IMG/VR virus record: IMGVR_UViG_3300044558_000004
Coordinates: 1 to 24,073 of that record
Source: a virus
Lineage: Duplodnaviria; Caudoviricetes
Reading direction: 5' to 3' (one strand)
Length of the DNA: 24,073 bases
Within the stretch, counting starts at the first letter, position 1. The number at the start of each line of letters is the position of its first letter. The notes under the pieces are model-generated. The model did no database searches, was not told the DNA's origin, and saw nothing but the letters and a program-made list of their open reading frames with translations. The position numbers and the translations under genes are program-made. This document shows, in pieces, positions 8,459-17,855 of the stretch.

Positions 8459-8646
8459 AGATTTTTAAAAAAGAGCGTTCCATTGATGATATGAATTACT
8501 TTTATAAACAAATGCTGACGGAATATCATCTATTGCCAAAAGATATAGACGGACAAGATTATTTTGAGTTTTTAGAAGTAATAAATGCTAAAGCACCAGA
8601 GGACCAAATGGTGGATTCAATGGAAATCTATAAACAAAATTCTTAA
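8419..8646 (+). CDS. -1 frameshift extension of the tail chaperone (gpGT analogue), missing from the ORF track
   Basis: C CCT TTA heptamer at 8419-8425 in the correct frame. The -1 frame is open to TAA 8644-8646 (SRRERLRQIRIEIFKKERSIDDMNYFYKQMLTEYHLLPKDIDGQDYFEFLEVINAK...QNS) and fills the gap to the tape measure gene. Confidence 0.85.
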   Translation, partial: PFSRRERLRQIRIEIFKKERSIDDMNYFYKQMLTEYHLLPKDIDGQDYFEFLEVINAKAPEDQMVDSMEIYKQNS

Positions 8647-8666
8647 AGAAAGGAGGATAAAAATAT

Positions 8667-11600
8667 ATGGCAAGCAAAGTTGATTCAATTATGAGTACTG
8701 CCGTTGCCTTGGAAACTCTTAAGGCTTCTAACAGTATTAACTCTTTGACCAAAGCTGTTAAAGGCTCTACATCGGCTTGGAAGGCTCAAGAAGCACAACT
8801 AAAATCTAGTGGTGATTATCTGAAAGCTAGTGAAGCCAAGTATGAAGGTCTTGGAAAATCTATAGAAGCTGAACGAAAGCGTATAGAAGTTCTCCAAGAG
8901 AAGATGAAAGGTTTAGACCAGACCACTCAAGATGGCGCTAAGACGGCTGTAAAATACGGTACTGACTTAGATAAAGCTACCACAGCCTTAAAGTCCATGG
9001 AAGCGCAACAACAACGCGCTCATGAAGCTTTAAAACGTGAAGAAAGTGGTATCAACAGCCTTAATTCATCTATGCGTCAACGTAACTCGTTATCAAAAGC
9101 TATATCAGGCCGTTTAGAAGCCGAAGGTAAGCATGAACAGGCCCTTAAAGAGAAACGAGACAACGCTCGTAAGTCTATTGATGATACTAGTAAAGCTTTG
9201 GAGAAAGAAGAAGCACTCCTTAAAGACTTAGAAAAGAATAACGGCAGCGCAAGTGCTATCAACAAACAGAGAATAGCTGTAGAAAAACTTAAAACTTCTA
9301 TGGCAGAGTCTAAATCTTCTGTTTCTAAGTTTGATAAATCAATCAAAGAGTTAAACCCGTCTCCTATTCAACGGTTGAGTAAATCATTTAGTGGGTTAAA
9401 AAAAGAAGGAAAAGAAACTCACTCAGTTTTTAAGCAAGTTTTTTCTGGTACCTTTTGGGGAGAAGTGACTCACGGAGCAGTTAGTCAGGCTTTTAATACT
9501 ATTAAAATGGGCTTCGGCGGGATAATTAAAGCGGGTAACGAATTCAATAAAGAACAGCAAGTTATGAACGCCACTTGGACAACTTTAACAGGAAGTGCTT
9601 CAAAGGGTGAAGGATTTGTTAAGTCAATTAATAAGATGTCTACAGCTTTTGGTCAATCCAGTGACTTAGTCAACGAACTAGACCAACAATTCTATCATGT
9701 TTTAGACAAAAAAGAGCCTACCGAACAGCTTACTAAATCAGTTCTAACTATGGCTGATACATTAGGATTAAGTGCAGAGAATACGCAACGGCTAGGACTT
9801 AACTTTACCCACATGATGAGCTCTTCCAAAATGCAATTAGGCGATTTTAATATGATTTCTGATCAATTACCTATGTTTGGTGAGAAATTACTGGAATATG
9901 AAAAAGTTGCCCAAAAAAATAATAAACTCACCATGTCACAATTACGTGATGAGATGAGTGCCGGAAAAATTAGTGCTAAAGACGCTGAAAACGTGATGAA
10001 CAGTCTTGGTAAAAAATATAAAGACGCTAGCGAAAACATGATGAAGACGGCTTCAGGTGCCGAAAGGTCAATTAAAGCACGTTTCTCAGCTCTATCTGGT
10101 GATTTAGCCAAGCCATTTACGACAATGCAGAGTCCGATTTTCGAAGCCGTTTCTAAATGGGTTTCTGACCCTAAAACTGAAAAGAAATTTACTGAAGTTG
10201 GTAAAGCTGCTTCAAAAGGATTCCAAACAATTACTACAGCTTTAACTAAAGCTCTTGATATTAAAGATGGTCCGAAAGCTATGAACAAGTTTATGGATGG
10301 ATTAGCAAAAAGTATTGAATCTGTTTCTGACGTAATTGCTAAGCATTCTAAAGAAATTATTGGCTTCTTTAAAGGCTTATGGAGTTCAATTAAGATTATT
10401 GGAACTATCGGAATTGGCTTCTTTAAAGGTTTAATTGAGGGTTTAGGTGCGATAGCTAAACCGTTAGCAAAAATGGTTGGACATAGCAAAAAAGTTAAAG
10501 GATTGTCTGATTCGTTAGGTGAACTTTCTAAACATAAACAAGGACTAGAAACACTCGGCAAAGTATTGGCGGGTGTTTTTGTTGTAACAAAATTAACTAA
10601 AATGACCACAGGGGCTTTCAAACTTGCTTCTGGTTTTACTAAATTAGCCAATTCTGTTGGCTTAATGAAAAATTCCTATACAGCGATGCAATTATTTAGT
10701 AAAGGGTTGGGATTAGTAGGTAACGGATTAAAGGTATTAACGGGACCCGTTGGTTTGACAATAACTGCTATTACAGCTATTGGTATTGCTTTATATGAGC
10801 TATATAAGCACAATAAAAAATTCAGAGATTTTGTTAATGGAATTGCGAAGGCTATTTCTAATTTCACTAAAAATGCTCTAAAAGAAATTGGAAACTTCTT
10901 CAAGAATTTTGGTAAAAATTGGAACAATTTCTGGGGCGATATTGGCAAAGGATTTGGTAAATTCTTCTCCAATATTGGTAAATCATTTAAAAAGGGATTT
11001 AATTCTTTTATAAAGACTGCAAAGAGCTTATTTAAAGGCATAGGTAAAACTCTTATCTATGCAATTGCCTTTCCAGTTGGTTTATTAATGGTTGCTTTTG
11101 AACCTTTGATCAAAGCAGTTCAAAAAGGCATGAAAAGTATTCAAAAAGCTGTTGCAAAGTTTGCTAAACCACTAAAAAAAGCTTTCAGCTCAATATGGAA
11201 TCCGATTTCTAAGGTGTTATCTACTACTCTTAACAAAATGAGTAAAGCTTGGAAATCTTGGACTAAAACAATCTCAAAATATTGGAACTCATTTAGCAAA
11301 CCATTCAAAAAAGCTTGGGATAAAGTTTGGAATACTATCAGTGATTTCTTTTCTGATATATTCAATAAAATTTCTAAAAAGTTCAAATCTTGGACTACTG
11401 CAATATCTAAAACATGGACTGGTTTCAAGAGCTGGTTCAATAAAAAGTGGAAAGATATGTGGAATGGAGTACATGATTTCTTTAGTAATACAACCAAAAA
11501 TATAAGCAAAACATTCCATGGCTGGATAAACGGGACTATGGATGCTCTTGGCGGATTTGGAAATAGGTTCAAATCTGGTTGGGAGGGAATTGTTAAAGGC

Positions 11601-13577
11601 GTTAAAAACATTTTTAGCGGGTTATGGGATTCGATGAAGAATATGGCTTCCGATGGTATTAATTCCGTAATCGATATCATTAATAAAGGAATCGGTGGCG
11701 TTAACTGGGTAATCAATAAGTTTGGTGGTTCAAAACAAACTATCAAGCCAATTGGTCATGTTAAGTTTGCAACTGGTACTGGTTCTCTTGGGAGTTCTAA
11801 CTTTAGACGCGCTATTAATTCAATTACACCTGCGATCGTAAATGATGAAGTTGGTGCAAGTAATCCAGAGCTTATCTTTAGAAAAGCAACTGGGACTGTT
11901 GAGTATTCTAAGGAAAAGAACGCCGAAACTATGCTGTTCCCTGGTGATGAGGTTGCTAATGCTACTGACTCAGCTAAGCTAGCTCCGATGTTAGGAATCA
12001 CACACTTTGCAGGCGGTGGAATTGGAGACTTCTTTGGAGGAATTATTAATGGAGCTAAGAGTGTCTTTAGGAAGATTACCGGTGGCTTAAAAGGACTATT
12101 TGATGTAGGAACTAAGATTATATCTAACCCAGGTAAAGCATTGGAAAGCTTAATGCCATTCTCTAAAGGCAATACAAAAGGGTTCTTTTCAACAATAGCT
12201 AAAGGCGGTTTCAATTTTGTTAAGAAACAAGCTGGAAAATGGTGGTCTACATTATGGGATATGGTTAGCTTAAGCGGAGACGGTAGTGGTTCATACGGCG
12301 GAGGCTGGCAATCACCAGGTAGTGGTTGGACACACACTGATGGTTTTGGTTCCTCTCGTGGCGGTGGTCGTGTTCACGATGGTAATGATTTTTCTGCAAG
12401 TGTAGGAACTGCATTCCATGCTATGCACGGTGGTACAGTTATCCGTGTTGGTAATCCTCCAGCTGGATGGGGAGACGTTGGATATAACATTGTTACTCGT
12501 GATTCAACTGGTAAAGAAATTATTTACCAAGAATTTGGAAATGCAAAAGACGTTAAGGTTCATCAAGGACAGCATGTTAAGACTGGTGATGTTTTAGGTA
12601 AACTAGGACGTTCAGGACTTGGAACTGGGCCTCATTTACATGTTGGCTTAACTAAAGGCGGTTCGGTCTGGAATCGAAGTGGATATAGCACTGCAGGCTG
12701 GCTGGATATTACTAAACAGCATGGTAAAGATAAAGGATCAGACGCTAAAAGTGATTCCAGCTCAAGCAGTGATAGTAAACTTCAAAAGATGATCAAGAAG
12801 CAAGTTGGTGGTGGATTCTGGAAGACCATTAGCAAGATTGCCAGCATGTTTGGCGACGATGGTGGTGGAAGTGGTACTGGTGATCCAGGTGGAGCTGGTG
12901 TACAACGTTGGAAATCTGACGTTAAAAGTGCATTGAGCAAGCTTGGGCTTTCAACCAGTGCAAGTATGGTTAGCCGAGTATTACGTCAAATAAATACTGA
13001 ATCTGGTGGTAACCCTAAAGCTATGGGTGGTACTGATGGTTTAGCTGACGGACATGCAGAAGGATTGATGCAAGTTAAACCAGGGACGTTTAGTGCCTAT
13101 CATTTATCAGGGCATAACAATATCTGGAACGGATACGACAATATTTTAGCTGGCTTAAACTACGCAAAGCATCGGTATGGTAGCGGATTGAGTTTCCTTG
13201 GTAACGGGCACGGATATGCTAATGGTGGAATTGCTAATACTCCATCTATCTTTGGTGAAGCAGGCCCTGAAATGGCTATCCCACTATCTATGACGCGTTC
13301 TGATAGAGCTAACCAACTATTGGGTGAAACTATTGTTCATATGGCTAAAAATAATCCTGATCCATTACCTACTAGTGTTAACAATTCAACCGGCAGTACA
13401 AAAGAATTGGATGAAGTTAAAAAGTTACTAAAAGATGCAGTTGACCAACTTAGAGACGTAACTCGAGCTATTTATGATACGGCTTTAACTCCGCAAACTG
13501 TAACAGATGTTGTCAACAAACGAACTTTAATTAATAAAACTCAATACAATAGAAGTAGAGGATTAGGAGGTATCTAA
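8667..13577 (+). CDS. Tape measure protein with C-terminal M23 peptidase and lytic transglycosylase (SLT) domains
   Basis: 1636 aa, long helical region, W/F-periodic repeats at about 10850-11700, HDGND...GPHLH (about 12300-12720) and TESGGNP...GLMQV (about 12900-13220). Confidence 0.95.
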   Translation: MASKVDSIMSTAVALETLKASNSINSLTKAVKGSTSAWKAQEAQLKSSGDYLKASEAKYEGLGKSIEAERKRIEVLQEKMKGLDQTTQDGAKTAVKYGTDLDKATTALKSMEAQQQRAHEALKREESGINSLNSSMRQRNSLSKAISGRLEAEGKHEQALKEKRDNARKSIDDTSKALEKEEALLKDLEKNNGSASAINKQRIAVEKLKTSMAESKSSVSKFDKSIKELNPSPIQRLSKSFSGLKKEGKETHSVFKQVFSGTFWGEVTHGAVSQAFNTIKMGFGGIIKAGNEFNKEQQVMNATWTTLTGSASKGEGFVKSINKMSTAFGQSSDLVNELDQQFYHVLDKKEPTEQLTKSVLTMADTLGLSAENTQRLGLNFTHMMSSSKMQLGDFNMISDQLPMFGEKLLEYEKVAQKNNKLTMSQLRDEMSAGKISAKDAENVMNSLGKKYKDASENMMKTASGAERSIKARFSALSGDLAKPFTTMQSPIFEAVSKWVSDPKTEKKFTEVGKAASKGFQTITTALTKALDIKDGPKAMNKFMDGLAKSIESVSDVIAKHSKEIIGFFKGLWSSIKIIGTIGIGFFKGLIEGLGAIAKPLAKMVGHSKKVKGLSDSLGELSKHKQGLETLGKVLAGVFVVTKLTKMTTGAFKLASGFTKLANSVGLMKNSYTAMQLFSKGLGLVGNGLKVLTGPVGLTITAITAIGIALYELYKHNKKFRDFVNGIAKAISNFTKNALKEIGNFFKNFGKNWNNFWGDIGKGFGKFFSNIGKSFKKGFNSFIKTAKSLFKGIGKTLIYAIAFPVGLLMVAFEPLIKAVQKGMKSIQKAVAKFAKPLKKAFSSIWNPISKVLSTTLNKMSKAWKSWTKTISKYWNSFSKPFKKAWDKVWNTISDFFSDIFNKISKKFKSWTTAISKTWTGFKSWFNKKWKDMWNGVHDFFSNTTKNISKTFHGWINGTMDALGGFGNRFKSGWEGIVKGVKNIFSGLWDSMKNMASDGINSVIDIINKGIGGVNWVINKFGGSKQTIKPIGHVKFATGTGSLGSSNFRRAINSITPAIVNDEVGASNPELIFRKATGTVEYSKEKNAETMLFPGDEVANATDSAKLAPMLGITHFAGGGIGDFFGGIINGAKSVFRKITGGLKGLFDVGTKIISNPGKALESLMPFSKGNTKGFFSTIAKGGFNFVKKQAGKWWSTLWDMVSLSGDGSGSYGGGWQSPGSGWTHTDGFGSSRGGGRVHDGNDFSASVGTAFHAMHGGTVIRVGNPPAGWGDVGYNIVTRDSTGKEIIYQEFGNAKDVKVHQGQHVKTGDVLGKLGRSGLGTGPHLHVGLTKGGSVWNRSGYSTAGWLDITKQHGKDKGSDAKSDSSSSSDSKLQKMIKKQVGGGFWKTISKIASMFGDDGGGSGTGDPGGAGVQRWKSDVKSALSKLGLSTSASMVSRVLRQINTESGGNPKAMGGTDGLADGHAEGLMQVKPGTFSAYHLSGHNNIWNGYDNILAGLNYAKHRYGSGLSFLGNGHGYANGGIANTPSIFGEAGPEMAIPLSMTRSDRANQLLGETIVHMAKNNPDPLPTSVNNSTGSTKELDEVKKLLKDAVDQLRDVTRAIYDTALTPQTVTDVVNKRTLINKTQYNRSRGLGGI

Positions 13578-15319
13578 TGCGAAAAGATGAATTTGATTAT
13601 CGGGGAATTTTAAGTGGGCAAGATTTACATTTAACGGTTGGACAAGTTGCGTTACCTATTGCCCCTAAAATGAGCGAACAAACGCAAGAAATACCCGCAA
13701 AATATGGTAATCAATATCTCGGAACGTCGTGGTCTTCGAAAGAAATCCAGATACCGATTGCCGTACAAGCTCAAGGGGATCAAGAATTATATCTTCAATT
13801 AATGCAGAATATTTCTAACGTACTAATTGAAACAGATGACGACCCGAGCATCGAATATCCATTGCGTTTTGGATGGCAACCAGATGTCACTTACTGGGGG
13901 CACTTCACTAGCATTCCACAACCAACATTCATCAGTACAGGCGTGTTTGATACAGCTTTCACGCTTGTATTCACGATGAGCGACCCTAGGGGATATTTAC
14001 CTAAAGAAAGCATGACAATCGACCCTACTAAAGAAAATGTAATCACTCCAAAAGGGAACGCAAAAACTGAACCTATTTTTACCATCACACCTAAAGAACC
14101 TCTGTACTATTGCGGATATGTATTAAATGAGCAAATAATGGCAATTGGTTCAGACGATCCTGTAACTGATGCGCCAGAGTATACTCGAGTTCTTTCAGAC
14201 CCGATGAATACAATGGCAAGCTTTACTACTGAAGCGAGTATTTTAGCTCCAATCAAAAGTAATAAAGTATTCCATGCTCAAGGTAAAGCGGAGAGTAACG
14301 GTAGTTCAATCATTGTCACACCATTAGGAGACGGAACTGGTAGACGTTATTTCGGAGATGATACAGTTGGGGATTGGTACGGACCCGTTTTAGCTTATAA
14401 GAAAGGATTAACCAAAACACTTACCGATTGGCGAGTCACTACGTATATGCACCATTCAAAATTCCGTGATAATTACCACTCAAGACGAGCGATTGCTTCG
14501 AACGAGTTACTTTTATTAGACACGAATGGTCAAACAATCGGACGGATTGCTATACAAGACATCTTAGAAAACATGTCGCAACGCCCTAGGCTTCAAGTCC
14601 AATTAGTTCGCTCTGGGGGAAGCTTTAGTAACGAAAAAGATGTTCATACAATTATTGATACGGTAGGAGCTAATTCTTTTTATATCAATAGGTCAAATAT
14701 TACAGTTAAAATCACTTACAAAAAAGATGTAACAGTCAAGAAAATGGTTAACGGAAAAACAATATACCAGCGCCATAAAAAAGGTGATACAGGTTATGTA
14801 AAAGATTATGATAATTCAGGATTGTTCAGTGATTTCAACGGAAAGATAACGTTAGAGAAGCGAGGAAATGAATATAATCTTTATATTGATAGAGAATACG
14901 ACCCTAAATCTGTAGTGACTAAGAAAAATGCTTATCATTTACACGAAAAATGGATTGATAACTCACATGTCTTTGATAAATGTTATGTAAGTTCTTTCGC
15001 TATTGCATTTTTAAAACATGCTATCGAAGATGATGAAGCGGGCTATAAATATCATGAACCCTATTTATCTAATTCTGGTGTGACAATTGATGAGATTAAC
15101 ACATCCGATAAAACAAGGAAGCCTATAGCATTGGCAGGTCAAAAAATAGAAATTAATACCGCCTCGCAACAGGTAACTGTAGATGGAAAAGTATGCACGC
15201 AGATTGACTGGAGTTCTGAATATCCGTTGCTTTATGGAGGAAAACCGAACCCGATAATGTTTAGTGAAAACTTAGCAGGTTCGGAAATTATAGAAACCGA
15301 TATCCCTAAAATTAAATAA
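13577..15319 (+). CDS. Distal tail protein (Dit) with a large internal insertion
   Basis: Follows the tape measure gene (TAATG). N-terminal Dit-like motifs (IPAKYG, LRFG.QPD.TYWG, LVFTMSDP, GNAKTEPIFTI). 580 aa is much longer than a minimal Dit. Confidence 0.85.
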   Translation: MRKDEFDYRGILSGQDLHLTVGQVALPIAPKMSEQTQEIPAKYGNQYLGTSWSSKEIQIPIAVQAQGDQELYLQLMQNISNVLIETDDDPSIEYPLRFGWQPDVTYWGHFTSIPQPTFISTGVFDTAFTLVFTMSDPRGYLPKESMTIDPTKENVITPKGNAKTEPIFTITPKEPLYYCGYVLNEQIMAIGSDDPVTDAPEYTRVLSDPMNTMASFTTEASILAPIKSNKVFHAQGKAESNGSSIIVTPLGDGTGRRYFGDDTVGDWYGPVLAYKKGLTKTLTDWRVTTYMHHSKFRDNYHSRRAIASNELLLLDTNGQTIGRIAIQDILENMSQRPRLQVQLVRSGGSFSNEKDVHTIIDTVGANSFYINRSNITVKITYKKDVTVKKMVNGKTIYQRHKKGDTGYVKDYDNSGLFSDFNGKITLEKRGNEYNLYIDREYDPKSVVTKKNAYHLHEKWIDNSHVFDKCYVSSFAIAFLKHAIEDDEAGYKYHEPYLSNSGVTIDEINTSDKTRKPIALAGQKIEINTASQQVTVDGKVCTQIDWSSEYPLLYGGKPNPIMFSENLAGSEIIETDIPKIK

Positions 15320-15333
15320 GGTATCGGTTTTTT
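15294..15333 (+). terminator. Hairpin plus T run overlapping the Dit stop codon
   Basis: AAACCGATA (15294-15302) and TATCGGTTT (15322-15330) form a perfect 9-bp inverted repeat, with TTTTTT at 15328-15333. Confidence 0.55.
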
Positions 15334-15347
15334 GTGAGGTGAATTTT

Positions 15348-17855
15348 ATGAGTTTAGACACTCAATATCTGATTTTAGATAAACAATACAAACGTATTGG
15401 TATGCTCGATTACGAGGGAGCGACTCCATACTATAGCGATGCAATTACGGTTCAGATTGCTGACGCAGATAACACTAGTACTGAACCAGTTGCTTATAAT
15501 AATTGGAATGTTAACAATGACCCTAACGCCAACTCGAAAAACTGGAACCATACCGGTGAAATTACAGTAGCTCAAGGGTACCCCGATAGTGACAAGATAG
15601 TAGCTGGAAACCATATTGCTTACTATTCAAAATCGTTAGGTCACTGGTACATCATGACTATTATCCAAACCACGGAAGATGGTTCAGATACTTCTGGCCG
15701 GCATGTAACGGTTGCACAGCTTGAAAATATTGCTATTACTGATATGAATAATTTAATCCCAATGAAGCAAGACGAGACAAGCGTAACAGTTGAAGATGCA
15801 TTTGGCTATTTACTGAAAAATAGTGGATGGATAGTTAAAAACCAATCCAAAAGTGCACTAGCAATCGACTTAAGTTTTGATGGACAAAATAAGGCTCAAA
15901 CATATCTACAGCAATTTTTAACAGGATATAATATTGAATTAGATGCTTACGTGGAAGTTAATGGTGAAGGAACCATCACCCAAAAAGTATTTGAAATTAG
16001 AGATGAACTAGGCAAGGACAATGGAACTCCTGCTTATTATGGTAAAAATATAACCGGAATTACTAGAAATACAGTTTTTCAAGATGTAATTACTAAGTTA
16101 CATGTAAAAGGCAAGGATGAATTAACTTTTGCATCCGTTAATGATGGAATGGATTTCATTGTCGATGATGACGCTAACCAGAAGTATAACCCTTGGTATA
16201 AGACAAGCTACCTTGAAGGTTTTATTGAGTCAAGTGATATTGAAGACCCAAATAGTCTAAAAGATTGGGCTAAAAAGATGTTACGTTTGTATAATCACCC
16301 GAGAGTTAACTACACAGTCGATTTAACAGCTGATTTTCAAGCAGAATTAGGTGATACGGTTCGGGTAATTGATTTAGAAATGGAGCCTGAACTGACGGTT
16401 GAATCTAGGGTGATTCAGCGGACTTTTTCTAAAGCGGATTATACGCAGAACAAGATTGTACTGGGTGAATTTGTCACTATTACACCAGTTACACCGGACT
16501 ATATTAAAGACATCGAAGATCGAATCAGAAAAGATATCAAACAGCTAATAGAAGATGTTAAAAATGGTAAGAAACAAGTTACGGTTGTCTTAAAAACACC
16601 GAATGGAGTAACTTGGGATAAATCGACCCCGACTAAACAGTTAATAGCACAAGTGTTTGCAGAAGGGACTAATTTAACAAGCTATTTTAGTCAGTATGCT
16701 TATACTTGGACAAAAACAGATTTGTCTGGGAACCATGATATCGAATGGGAAGAAAGCCATAAGGATGCTGGTAACGTCATTAATTTAAGTAATGGAGACG
16801 TTGGTACATTTACTGTACAAGTTAATGGTGATTTCTTAAAAGAAGATGCCGAGGCTACAATCAGTTTTGAGCATGAGGTTGTACATGAATTTAAGAATGC
16901 TAAATTACCTACTGACTTTTGGGGTAAGAAAGTTGGAATTCCACAATACATTATGTGGGTTCCTGAACTACAACAGTTTCTTATTTCTTCTGCATATGAT
17001 GAAGATGATCCGGGCACGGGACAGCGAAGTAATGTAGACGATGTTAAATTTCATTTGTTTGATAAAGACGGTAATTTAAAAAGTTCAATGGTTGCACAAG
17101 GCGCAGGCCATGGAAGTAGCTTTGGTTATAAGCTGGTTAATAATGTTCCTGAAATCTGGACTTACTCAGAAGATAACAATGGCAAACATGAATGCGTAGC
17201 TAAGATACCATGGCAAGCTAATAAAGTTGTATCTCAAGGAAAAGGTATCACCCCATTGGCTTCTTTACCTAAATCAGAAAATAGGATTGCACGAAGGATT
17301 TCTTTAGATACAAAAAATGGGGATTGGGTAGTTGGAGTAACACTGGGAGGATTAATTGAAATTGTAGCTGTAGAGAGCGTTAATGCTGGAAAGTGGGAAC
17401 CTACTTATAAAATGCATGTACAAGATTTTGGTTTTAACCCAATTGGAACAGGCAAAGAAGGTAATACCACCATGCAATCACAAGGTTTAAATTTTCCATA
17501 CCTAGTGCTCAATAGTGGATCACCAGATTCAAACGAACAAGCAAGTGTGAAAATTATTAATGTAGTAACTCAATCATTAATCGATGAACAAGAAAACAGC
17601 TGTACTCAATTTGATATTAAGTGGCTAAAGGAAAAAGCATTTGAACCCGAAACTGTATATTTGACTGATGAGGATAATAAAATTTATCTTTATCAGTCAT
17701 TTTTAGCTAGGACTAATGAAGACAATACCAACGGTTCTATCTGGCTTTATTATCCATTATATAAAACAGAAGTATCTGTGAGGGATGATTCGCAAGATGA
17801 CATAACATATACAGATACTGAAGATACGCCAGAAATTGGAGAGGGGGAACAGTAA
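15348..17855 (+). CDS. Tal-like baseplate hub/minor structural protein with a C-terminal putative receptor-binding domain
   Basis: Follows Dit. YGKNITGITR, ITKLHVKGKD and LGDTVRVID motifs of prophage tail proteins. GAGGTG at 15336-15341 favours ATG 15348 over GTG 15339. Confidence 0.85.
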   Translation: MSLDTQYLILDKQYKRIGMLDYEGATPYYSDAITVQIADADNTSTEPVAYNNWNVNNDPNANSKNWNHTGEITVAQGYPDSDKIVAGNHIAYYSKSLGHWYIMTIIQTTEDGSDTSGRHVTVAQLENIAITDMNNLIPMKQDETSVTVEDAFGYLLKNSGWIVKNQSKSALAIDLSFDGQNKAQTYLQQFLTGYNIELDAYVEVNGEGTITQKVFEIRDELGKDNGTPAYYGKNITGITRNTVFQDVITKLHVKGKDELTFASVNDGMDFIVDDDANQKYNPWYKTSYLEGFIESSDIEDPNSLKDWAKKMLRLYNHPRVNYTVDLTADFQAELGDTVRVIDLEMEPELTVESRVIQRTFSKADYTQNKIVLGEFVTITPVTPDYIKDIEDRIRKDIKQLIEDVKNGKKQVTVVLKTPNGVTWDKSTPTKQLIAQVFAEGTNLTSYFSQYAYTWTKTDLSGNHDIEWEESHKDAGNVINLSNGDVGTFTVQVNGDFLKEDAEATISFEHEVVHEFKNAKLPTDFWGKKVGIPQYIMWVPELQQFLISSAYDEDDPGTGQRSNVDDVKFHLFDKDGNLKSSMVAQGAGHGSSFGYKLVNNVPEIWTYSEDNNGKHECVAKIPWQANKVVSQGKGITPLASLPKSENRIARRISLDTKNGDWVVGVTLGGLIEIVAVESVNAGKWEPTYKMHVQDFGFNPIGTGKEGNTTMQSQGLNFPYLVLNSGSPDSNEQASVKIINVVTQSLIDEQENSCTQFDIKWLKEKAFEPETVYLTDEDNKIYLYQSFLARTNEDNTNGSIWLYYPLYKTEVSVRDDSQDDITYTDTEDTPEIGEGEQ

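Noticed and set aside
10358-10430. Direct repeat ATTGGCTTCTTTAAAGG in the tape measure gene
   Set aside because: Two copies encoding IGFFKG within the normal repetitive tape measure region; not CRISPR-like or att-like.
9077-12337. Long minus-strand ORFs (up to 262 aa) inside the tape measure gene
   Set aside because: Antisense shadows of a long coding gene; no recognisable motifs, and the whole module is on the + strand.
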